NCBI RefSeq assembly: GCF_001652585.1
Contig: NZ_LWLG01000002.1
Location: forward strand, 243,506 to 275,505
Direction of reading: 5' to 3'
Length of the DNA: 32,000 nt
Source: Thermosulfurimonas dismutans
GTDB lineage: Bacteria; Desulfobacterota; Thermodesulfobacteria; Thermodesulfobacteriales; Thermodesulfobacteriaceae
Position numbers and translations under genes: made by a program. This document shows positions 25,146-32,000 of the stretch, piece after piece. The first letter of the stretch is position 1, and the number at the start of each line of letters is the position of its first letter. A model generated the notes under the pieces. It had not been told where the DNA came from. It saw only the letters and a list, made by a program, of their open reading frames with translations, and did not search any database.

Positions 25146-25914
25146 GAGAGCCCTCTTAATAAGTTTGATTATTCATGTCTTTCTCCTAGGGCTCTTCAGC
25201 CTCCAATTTCCAGAAAGAAAAAAACCTTCCCTGGTCAAGGTCAGATTAGTTTCGGTTTCTCGGGCAAGTCTCCATACCTCTACTTCTTCGTCTTCTCCTG
25301 CAAGGTCAACTAAAAAAAAGCAAATCAAAACCCATAGCCTACCTAAAAGGCGGACTTCAAAACCCAAAAAGAAAAAAAGCCGCTCTCAGCCCAAACACCG
25401 TAAAGCGGTCTCCTCAAAGCCCAGACCTTCCCGAGGCAAAAATAAACTATCAAAAGCTAAAAAAGCCTCTCAAACCAAGAAAACCTCGTCTCCACCCCAA
25501 CCGGAGGTCACACCTCAAGAAGAAAGTCTACTTGAAGAACGGCTAGCCGCGCTTCAATTGCGCAAAAGGTTGGAAAATCTTAAGAAAGAAGTAGCCTCCA
25601 AAGAAAAAGAGGTAAAAGGAACCGAGGCACAAAGTTTTCCCCCCCAGGATTATATAGATCTTGTCAAAGCACATCTCGATAGGTTCTTTGAGGTCCCCTT
25701 GACCCTTAAGTCTCAAAAAAACCTTGCGGCCACCGTGGAGATCCGACTCAAACCAGACGGCAAGCTCCTTTCTTATCGGCTGCTCAAATCTTCTGGCAAC
25801 CTCTTGCTGGATCGCATGGTCGAAGCCGCTGTGCGCGCTGCCGATCCTTACCCTCCCCCCGGAAGGCCTATAACCATCAAAGCCATCTTTACGCCGGAAG
25901 GGCTTAATTTTTAA
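25132..25914 (+). CDS. TolA/TonB-family energy-transducer protein
   Basis: The N-terminal anchor LISLIIHVFLL carries the S-x3-H motif. A Lys/Ser/Pro-rich linker of about 110 aa follows. The C-terminal domain is ATVEIRLKPDGKLLSYRLLKSSGNLLLDRMVEAAVRAADPYPPP (TolA-III/TonB_C-like). Confidence 0.7.
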   Translation: MKSFKRALLISLIIHVFLLGLFSLQFPERKKPSLVKVRLVSVSRASLHTSTSSSSPARSTKKKQIKTHSLPKRRTSKPKKKKSRSQPKHRKAVSSKPRPSRGKNKLSKAKKASQTKKTSSPPQPEVTPQEESLLEERLAALQLRKRLENLKKEVASKEKEVKGTEAQSFPPQDYIDLVKAHLDRFFEVPLTLKSQKNLAATVEIRLKPDGKLLSYRLLKSSGNLLLDRMVEAAVRAADPYPPPGRPITIKAIFTPEGLNF

Positions 25915-25984
25915 AGTTGTTTGGGAAACTTAAAAAGTAACTACTTGACAATCCCTTGAAAAGCCCCTTAATTAAATTTTAACT

Positions 25985-26326
25985 ATGAAGATCTATTTAA
26001 AAAACAAAGTCTGGATACTTTTGTTTTTGCTAGCCTGGACCTGGTGGATAGGCGGAGGGCCGGCCTATTGTTTTTCTCCAGGTCAAAAGATAGAGATTGA
26101 AAACCTTTTAACAGGTTGCCAGTGTGCCCCGACCTGTATCAAAGTAGAAGAATCCAAATCCCTTTCAGAGGTCGCACGCCGAAATCTGAAGCCTTCTTTT
26201 GAAGTAGTCTCTCTAGAGACCTGCCAGGAACCCCAAGGGAGCAACCTGTTTTTCACCCGTTTCTATGAAGTCTCCAAAAGCTTTAAAAAACCTAACCCAC
26301 TACTTTACGTAAAACTCCTCTTTTAA
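25985..26326 (+). CDS. Hypothetical secreted/membrane-anchored Cys-rich small protein upstream of the RND operon (positional analogue of CzcI)
   Basis: 113 aa with the N-terminal hydrophobic segment VWILLFLLAWTWWIGGG. Five Cys include C45-x-C47-x3-C51 (GCQCAPTC). There is no SD. TTGACA (25945-25950) lies 35 nt upstream. The gene is AT-rich relative to its neighbours. Confidence 0.45.
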   Translation: MKIYLKNKVWILLFLLAWTWWIGGGPAYCFSPGQKIEIENLLTGCQCAPTCIKVEESKSLSEVARRNLKPSFEVVSLETCQEPQGSNLFFTRFYEVSKSFKKPNPLLYVKLLF

Positions 26327-26392
26327 CCTACCAATTTTCTCCTATTATTTCCCCCTTTCTTTTACCAACTTTAAAGAAGGAGGTTTTTTAAA

Positions 26393-27646
26393 ATGAAATC
26401 AAGGATTCTTATATCTATAATTGCACTTTTTTTTGTCTTAACAGCTTTTGAAAGCCAAGGGCAGACAAATAAAAAAGAAGTTTCTTTTGAGGAAGTCTTT
26501 TCTAAAGTAATAAATCGGCATCCCCTGTTAAAAACCTTTGAGGAAAAACGAAAGGCCGTACGCTTTAGAGCCTACCAGGCCGGACTCCTGCCCAATCCCG
26601 AGCTGGATCTCTCGGTAGAAGATGTCTTCGGTTCGGGAGACTTCGGAGGGAGCAAGTCCTCGGAGACCACCCTCATTTTCTCCCAAACGGTGCCCCTTTT
26701 CGGGAAGACCAAGAAAAGGCGGGAAACAGTTCTATTTCAGGAAAAGGTGATCGCCTGCGATGAAGCACTAACCAAACTGGAACTCTTTCGACAAACGGCC
26801 CGGATCTTTACCGAGGCCCTTTATGCCCAGAAAAAGGTGAAACTTTACCGAGAACTGGCTCTCCTTTCCGAAAGGCTGGTAGCGGTAGCCGAAGCCAAAT
26901 TACAGGCCGGAAAGATCCCGGAAACCGAAAAGATAAGGGCCGAAATCGTGGCCTCGGAAACCGAGATGAGGCTTGCTAATGCCCGGCGGGAATACCAGAC
27001 AGCCTTAAGACAGCTGGCAAACCTCTGGGGAGAGACCAAGCCCGTAGAATTTTCGCTTCGGGGAGAATTGCTAAAGATCTATCTCTCTCCCCGGAAGATC
27101 AAGACCGGTGTAGAGAAGCACCCTGCCCTCCTCCGGCTAAAAAACGAAATCTCGCAACTGGAAAAAAGGTTAGAGCTTGCCAAGGCGGAGGCTCTTCCGG
27201 ACGTAACCTTATCGGCCGGGGTGCGATGGTACAACGAAAGCGACGAAAGGGCCTACCTTTTCGGGATCGCCGTACCTCTTCCGGTCTTCAACCGCAATAA
27301 GGGCGAGATAGAAGCCCTGGCCAGGGAGATAACCGAGATCCGTCTGAAGATAAAGAGCCAAAAGCTTTCCCTTGAAAGGGATCTAGAGGCTGTTTTGGGG
27401 CGCCTTCGCATGGTCTTAAAGGAGATTCGAACCTTGGAAGATAGTCTCCTTCCACGGGCCGAAGAGATCTACCGTCGAAATCTAGAGGGCTATCGTTACG
27501 GAAAGATGGAATTTTTACGGGTACTCGATGCCCAACGGACCCTCTTTGAGCTCCACTTGGGACTGCTCGAGGCCTACCAGAGGTATCACCTTTTACGGGC
27601 AGAAGCCCTCTATCTCGTAGGTCGCCCGGAAAAAAATTTCTTCTAA
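26393..27646 (+). CDS. Outer-membrane efflux protein, TolC/CzcC family
   Basis: 417 aa with a signal peptide (ILISIIALFFVLTAFESQG). It has a two-repeat OEP architecture with long coiled regions. GAAGGAGG lies upstream. Confidence 0.88.
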   Translation: MKSRILISIIALFFVLTAFESQGQTNKKEVSFEEVFSKVINRHPLLKTFEEKRKAVRFRAYQAGLLPNPELDLSVEDVFGSGDFGGSKSSETTLIFSQTVPLFGKTKKRRETVLFQEKVIACDEALTKLELFRQTARIFTEALYAQKKVKLYRELALLSERLVAVAEAKLQAGKIPETEKIRAEIVASETEMRLANARREYQTALRQLANLWGETKPVEFSLRGELLKIYLSPRKIKTGVEKHPALLRLKNEISQLEKRLELAKAEALPDVTLSAGVRWYNESDERAYLFGIAVPLPVFNRNKGEIEALAREITEIRLKIKSQKLSLERDLEAVLGRLRMVLKEIRTLEDSLLPRAEEIYRRNLEGYRYGKMEFLRVLDAQRTLFELHLGLLEAYQRYHLLRAEALYLVGRPEKNFF

Positions 27647-27658
27647 GGAGGTTCAAAA

Positions 27659-28816
27659 ATGATAGCTAAAATCCTGGGAATAGTACTTCTTTTATTGGGA
27701 TTTTTGGTTTTGCCAGTTTTAGGTAAAACCCCGAAAGATGATCATAGTCACGAAGACGAAAAGGTCATAAAACTCTCCGAGAAAATTATTAGGGAATTCG
27801 GTATTCACATAGAAAAGGCCACCCTTAGGGTTTTTCCCCGGATAGTTGAACTGCCAGGGGAAATAACCGCAGATCCAGATCGTGAGGTACATGTCGTTCC
27901 CGTAGCACGGGGATTCGTAAGAGAGGTCTATAAGCGCTGGGGGGATAGAGTTTGCGCCGGAGAGGTGCTAGCCGTCATAGATAGCCCGGAGCTTGCGGAT
28001 CTTAAAGCCAGTTACCTTGCGGCCAAGGCCCGACTCCGCCTGGCCGAAGAACTTTACCGGCGGGAGGAGCTTCTATGGAAAAAGAAGATCACTGCGGGAG
28101 AGAGCTTTCTTAAAGCCAAGAAGGACCTGGAGTTAGCCAGGATCGAGGTCAAGACTCTGGAGCAGAAACTACTCACTCTGGGTTTTTCGCCGGAGGAAAT
28201 CAAGGAGTTTGAAAGCGGACGCAGGCCCCTTGGCCGCTATGAACTCCGCTCTCCCATCTCTGGCCTAGTGGTGGAAAAACACCTGGTCCGCGGGGAGATG
28301 GTAGGCCCGGATCGACTGGCCTTCCAGATTGCAGACCTCTCGGTGGTCTGGGTCCTGATCTCCGTTTACCGGGAATGGCTACCTTATGTGGGCGAAGGTC
28401 AGCGGGTATGGCTTGTTATCGGAGAGAAGTTCCCGGAAATCGAAGCCCGAATAGACTATCTCAACCCCATATTGGACCCGGACACCCGCTCCGCCAAGGC
28501 CCGGGTGATCCTGAAAAATCTTTCCAGAGAGCTCAAACCTGGCCTGCTGGTAAAGGTGCGGGTGGCCGTGGGAGGAGAAGAAAAGGCTCTGGTCGTCCCC
28601 GAAGGGGCCATTCAATATCTCAAGGGTCACCCGGCGGTTTTCGTCAAAACCGAGGAAGGGTTCGTGCCCCGCGAGGTCAAAATCGGCCGGAAACATGGAA
28701 AGTGGGTGGAGATTACCGCCGGTCTGGCCCCTGGAGAGACCTACGTCGCCAAAGGGGCCCTCACCCTTAAGGCCGAACTCGAAAAAGAATCTCTAGGCCA
28801 CGGACACGTCCACTAA
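27659..28816 (+). CDS. RND efflux periplasmic adaptor (membrane fusion protein), CzcB/CusB-like
   Basis: 385 aa with a signal/anchor, a lipoyl-like GDRVCAGEVLAVIDSPELA, a coiled hairpin and beta-barrel domains. It has His-rich termini (DDHSHEDE and LGHGHVH). Confidence 0.9.
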   Translation: MIAKILGIVLLLLGFLVLPVLGKTPKDDHSHEDEKVIKLSEKIIREFGIHIEKATLRVFPRIVELPGEITADPDREVHVVPVARGFVREVYKRWGDRVCAGEVLAVIDSPELADLKASYLAAKARLRLAEELYRREELLWKKKITAGESFLKAKKDLELARIEVKTLEQKLLTLGFSPEEIKEFESGRRPLGRYELRSPISGLVVEKHLVRGEMVGPDRLAFQIADLSVVWVLISVYREWLPYVGEGQRVWLVIGEKFPEIEARIDYLNPILDPDTRSAKARVILKNLSRELKPGLLVKVRVAVGGEEKALVVPEGAIQYLKGHPAVFVKTEEGFVPREVKIGRKHGKWVEITAGLAPGETYVAKGALTLKAELEKESLGHGHVH

Positions 28817-28838
28817 ATCTCTCAAAAGGGGGACGAAC

Positions 28839-31800
28839 ATGTGGAATAGACTCATACACTTTTCGCTATGCAATCGGCTCCTCATGGTAGTGCTGGGGGG
28901 CCTGGTTATAATCTCTGGCTATTTCAGTTTCAGGAGTCTACCCATAGACGCTTTCCCGGATGTCACCCCGGTCCTGGTGCAGGTCTTCACTGAAACTCAA
29001 GGTCTAGCTCCGGAAGAAGTAGAAAAGTATGTCACCTACCCCATAGAGACCGCCATGAATGGTCTTCCGGGCCTGAAAAAGATCCGATCGGTCTCAAACT
29101 TTGGCCTCTCCCTAGTAAATCTATATTTTGAGGACGGAACAGACATTTACTTCGCTCGCCAAGTGGTAAGCGAAAGACTCCAGGAGGCCCGGGAGTCCAT
29201 ACCAGAAGGCTTCGGTGATCCCCAGCTTGGTCCCATCTCGACCTCCATGGGACTGATCCTTTTCTATTATCTTGAAGACACCACTGGCAAATACTCTCTG
29301 GAAGAGTTACGGACCATCCAGGACTGGATCATCAAACCTCACCTCATGAGTGTCCCCGGAGTAACAGAAGTTTTGGGAATCGGTGGTTTTGAGAAGCAGT
29401 ACCACATCCAGGTGGACCCGGAGGCTTTGCGGCGCTACGGACTCACCCTGGGCGAAGTCATACAGGCCATCAAGGCCAACAACTTTAATGTGGGCGGAAG
29501 CTTCATCGAGAAGCACGGCGAGGAATTCATCGTGCGTTCGGTGGGGCTAGCCAGAGGGGTGGAGGATCTCCGCCGGATGGTGGTGAAGAGCGTAAACGGC
29601 ACCCCGGTCTATCTGGAGCAGGTGGCAGAGGTAAAGATAGGAGGGGCTATCCGAAGAGGCCTTCAGACCAAAGACGGAAAAACCGAAGTGGTAGCCGGCC
29701 AGGTCATAAAACTTTACGGTGAAAACTCTTCCACAGTCATAAAGAGGGTGGAGGAAAAGATCCGGGAGATAAACCGCATCCTTCCCAAGGGCATCCGCAT
29801 CGTCCCCTACTACGAACAGAAGAGCCTGGTTGAGGCCTGTATCTCCACGGTGACCTCGTCTCTAGGACAGGGCATGATCCTGGTAGTCGCCATTCTAGTG
29901 CTCTTTACCGGGGGTTTTCGGCCCAGCGTGGTGGTGGCCCTGGCCATCCCCTTTTCCATCTGTTTTGCCTTTCTCGGCATGCGGTATTTCGGTCTTTCGG
30001 CCAATCTCATGTCCCTCGGAGGGCTAGCCATTGCCATCGGAATGTTAGTAGATGGGGCCATCGTATTCGTGGAGAATGTAGATCGTAAGTTAAGGGAGAA
30101 CCTGGGCCGCAAGAGCAGGCTCTCGGTAGTGGCCGAGGCCTGCCAGGAAGTAGGCCGCCCGGTGGCCTTTGCTCTTCTCATCATCTCCCTAGTGTTTATA
30201 CCTATCGTCTCCCTCAAGGGAGTGGAGGGCAAAACCTTCCGGCCCCTGGCCTACACCGTCATTCTGGCCCTTTTGGGGTCCCTCCTCTACGCCTTCCTCA
30301 TCTCTCCGGCCCTTTCTTATTACTTTATGCGAGAACGGAAAAAGGCCGGCCCCGGCTTTGGCGATCGAATCATAGGTCTCCTAGAAAAACTCTATAGTCC
30401 CTTTGGTCGATTCTTCGTAAGGCACAAGTTTAGCGCCCTGGGAGTGGCCCTGTTGCTGATAGCCCTTGGCACAATGATAGGTTCTCGCCTCGGTTCCGAG
30501 TTTGTTCCCAAACTTCAGGAGGGCACCATCGTACTGAGGCTTACCATGGCTCCCTCTGTTTCTCTAAACGAAAGCAAACGGCTCACCATGCTGGTGGAAC
30601 GGCGTCTCATGAAGATTCCCGAGATCCGAAGCGTGGTTTCCCGTATAGGTCGCGGGGAAGTCGGGGCTCACACCGATCCTATAAATAGCGCCGAGATGTA
30701 CATCCTATTACATCCTAGGGGAACATGGCGGGTCAAGAGCCAAGAAGAACTGGTGGATCTAATTCGGCAGGAACTTGGAGAAATCCCGGGGGTGCTCACC
30801 AACTTCACCCAACCCATAGAGATGACCGTGGACGAGCTCATGGAGGGAGTGCGAGCCGAGATCGCCATAAAAATCTTCGGGGAAGACCTTGAAGCTCTCA
30901 AAGAACTGGGAGACCGGGTGGCGGAGCTCATTCGCAAGGTCCCGGGAGCAGTGGATGTCCAGGTAGATCAGATCTCCGGTACCCCCCAGCTTCTCATACG
31001 ACCCGATCGGGAGAAATTGGCCCGCTATGGTCTGTCTCTAGCCGATGTTCAGGAACTGATCGAGGTCGGAGTGGGTGGTAAAACGGTGGGAGAGATCTTT
31101 GAAGGTCTCAAACGGTTTGACATCTTAGTCAGACTGAAACCAGAATATCGCTCAAATCCCGAGGTTATCGGGAATCTTTTTCTAAGAACCCCCGGAGGAG
31201 GTTTTATCCCCTTGAGAGAAGTGGCTGAAATCAAAGAGATCATCGGTCCCCGGCAGATCACCCGGGAAGACATTCAACGTTTCCTCACCGTGCAGTGCAA
31301 TGTCTCCGGAAGAGACATCGGATCTTTCGTGGAAGAAGCCAGGGAAAAGATAGTGCGAGAGATCACGCTTCCTCCGGGATATCTCATCACCTGGGGTGGC
31401 GAGTTCGAGCTCAAAGAGGAGGCCAACCGCAGGCTAAAGGTAGTAGTGCCCATCACGCTGGCCCTAGTGTTTTTCCTGCTCTTCAGTAGCTTCAACTCCG
31501 TGAGACTGGCCGTCCTCATCATGGCCAATTTGCCGCTGGCTCTGGTGGGCGGAATAGTAGCTTTATGGCTCACAGGTCAATACCTCTCGGTCCCGGCCTC
31601 GGTAGGATTCATTGCTCTTTTCGGAATAGCGTTAGAAAACGGTATGGTGCTGGTAACTTGTATTAATCAGTTGCGGGCCTCGGGACTTCCTACAGAGGAA
31701 GCCGCCTTCCGCGGAGCCCTCATGCGACTCCGTCCGGTTCTCATGACGGCTTTAACCAGCGCCCTAGGACTTCTACCGCTCCTTTTTGCTAGCGGCACAG

Positions 31801-31931
31801 GAAGCGAAATTCAGAAACCCCTTGCGGCCGTAGTCATAGGCGGCCTCTTTACCGCGACCCTGAATACCCTTTTTCTCCTTCCGGCCCTTTACCGTTGGAT
31901 CGCTCCAAAGGAGGGCTGTACCCAGGACTAA
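28839..31931 (+). CDS. Heavy-metal efflux RND transporter, CusA/CzcA family
   Basis: 1030 aa with 12-TM RND topology. The TM4 region is LGGLAIAIGMLVDGAIVFVEN. The C-terminal RLRPVLMTALTSALGLLPLL is typical of HME-RND pumps. Confidence 0.95.
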   Translation: MWNRLIHFSLCNRLLMVVLGGLVIISGYFSFRSLPIDAFPDVTPVLVQVFTETQGLAPEEVEKYVTYPIETAMNGLPGLKKIRSVSNFGLSLVNLYFEDGTDIYFARQVVSERLQEARESIPEGFGDPQLGPISTSMGLILFYYLEDTTGKYSLEELRTIQDWIIKPHLMSVPGVTEVLGIGGFEKQYHIQVDPEALRRYGLTLGEVIQAIKANNFNVGGSFIEKHGEEFIVRSVGLARGVEDLRRMVVKSVNGTPVYLEQVAEVKIGGAIRRGLQTKDGKTEVVAGQVIKLYGENSSTVIKRVEEKIREINRILPKGIRIVPYYEQKSLVEACISTVTSSLGQGMILVVAILVLFTGGFRPSVVVALAIPFSICFAFLGMRYFGLSANLMSLGGLAIAIGMLVDGAIVFVENVDRKLRENLGRKSRLSVVAEACQEVGRPVAFALLIISLVFIPIVSLKGVEGKTFRPLAYTVILALLGSLLYAFLISPALSYYFMRERKKAGPGFGDRIIGLLEKLYSPFGRFFVRHKFSALGVALLLIALGTMIGSRLGSEFVPKLQEGTIVLRLTMAPSVSLNESKRLTMLVERRLMKIPEIRSVVSRIGRGEVGAHTDPINSAEMYILLHPRGTWRVKSQEELVDLIRQELGEIPGVLTNFTQPIEMTVDELMEGVRAEIAIKIFGEDLEALKELGDRVAELIRKVPGAVDVQVDQISGTPQLLIRPDREKLARYGLSLADVQELIEVGVGGKTVGEIFEGLKRFDILVRLKPEYRSNPEVIGNLFLRTPGGGFIPLREVAEIKEIIGPRQITREDIQRFLTVQCNVSGRDIGSFVEEAREKIVREITLPPGYLITWGGEFELKEEANRRLKVVVPITLALVFFLLFSSFNSVRLAVLIMANLPLALVGGIVALWLTGQYLSVPASVGFIALFGIALENGMVLVTCINQLRASGLPTEEAAFRGALMRLRPVLMTALTSALGLLPLLFASGTGSEIQKPLAAVVIGGLFTATLNTLFLLPALYRWIAPKEGCTQD

Positions 31932-31932
31932 A

Positions 31933-31965
31933 GGGGGGAGGGCGTAAGGCCCTCCCCTCTTTTTT
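31933..31965 (+). terminator. Rho-independent terminator of the RND operon
   Basis: GGGGAGGGC (31935-31943), loop GTAAG, GCCCTCCCC (31949-31957), followed by TCTTTTTT. It begins 2 nt after the stop codon. Confidence 0.8.
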
Positions 31966-32000
31966 AGATCGGTAAAACTTAATACTCCCAAACTCCCCGT

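Noticed and set aside
25240-25520. Apparent repeat region in the TolA/TonB-like gene
   Set aside because: This is a compositional Lys/Ser/Pro low-complexity linker (AAA/AAG-rich) with no discernible tandem DNA repeat unit. It is typical of TolA/TonB spacers.
1-32000. Search by eye for tRNA/rRNA/tmRNA signatures (GGTTCGAATCC-type T-arms), CRISPR-like spaced repeats, transposase/integrase genes, inverted terminal repeats and in-frame TGA (selenocysteine) splits
   Set aside because: I found none. Intergenic space is too small (the largest spacers are about 300 bp at 2107-2412 and about 110 bp at 18955-19067). A covariance-model scan (Infernal/tRNAscan) would be needed to exclude small ncRNAs formally.

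Overview
Compact, roughly 90% coding chromosomal segment with no rRNA/tRNA genes, CRISPR arrays, transposases, integrases or long repeats that I could see by eye. The proteins are Glu/Lys/Arg-rich. The gene set includes FBP aldolase/phosphatase, a two-subunit biotin carboxylase, PolX, AMP-forming acetyl-CoA synthetase, Tol-type and RND envelope genes, and flgM. This suggests a thermophilic, diderm, flagellated bacterium (Thermodesulfobacteriota/Aquificota-like), but that is inference only. I support 33 protein-coding genes in tight, often overlapping operons, plus 2 candidate small ORFs missing from or doubtful in the track. (-) 1-2106: rsuA-type pseudouridine synthase (partial), long-form MEMO, ParB-like protein. 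(+) 2351-2907: sigma-28 promoter, sORF, flgM. (-) 2914-6441: biotin carboxylase pair. (+) 6541-9485: marC-family gene, acs, amphi-Trp gene. (-) 9472-15503: seven-gene string of CN-hydrolase::RfaE2 fusion, comF, M20 peptidase, acyP, polX, EamA, DUF2148. (+) 15596-17453: MFS, HD. (-) 17450-17731: FlhB-C-terminal-like gene. (+) 17809-25914: fbp, cysS, cvpA, mazG, metal ABC ATPase and permease, TatD, maf, ExbD/TolR, TolA/TonB-like. (+) 25985-31931: Cys-rich secreted sORF and an HME-type RND efflux operon (OMF-MFP-RND) ending in a clean intrinsic terminator. Most of the window is housekeeping. Five loci are least explained: (1) a translationally coupled ParB/Srx-domain protein plus a MEMO-family protein with an extra N-terminal PqqD/RRE-like domain, preceded by an aromatic-rich sORF and a 15-bp palindrome; (2) a carbon-nitrogen hydrolase fused to an RfaE-domain-II nucleotidyltransferase; (3) an SD-less Cys-rich secreted sORF in the CzcI position ahead of the RND operon; (4) a homopolymer-associated frameshift at the 3' end of the metal ABC permease; (5) a tolR/tolA-like pair with no tolQ/exbB. 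None of these is proven novel. All need database or structure searches that I cannot run.
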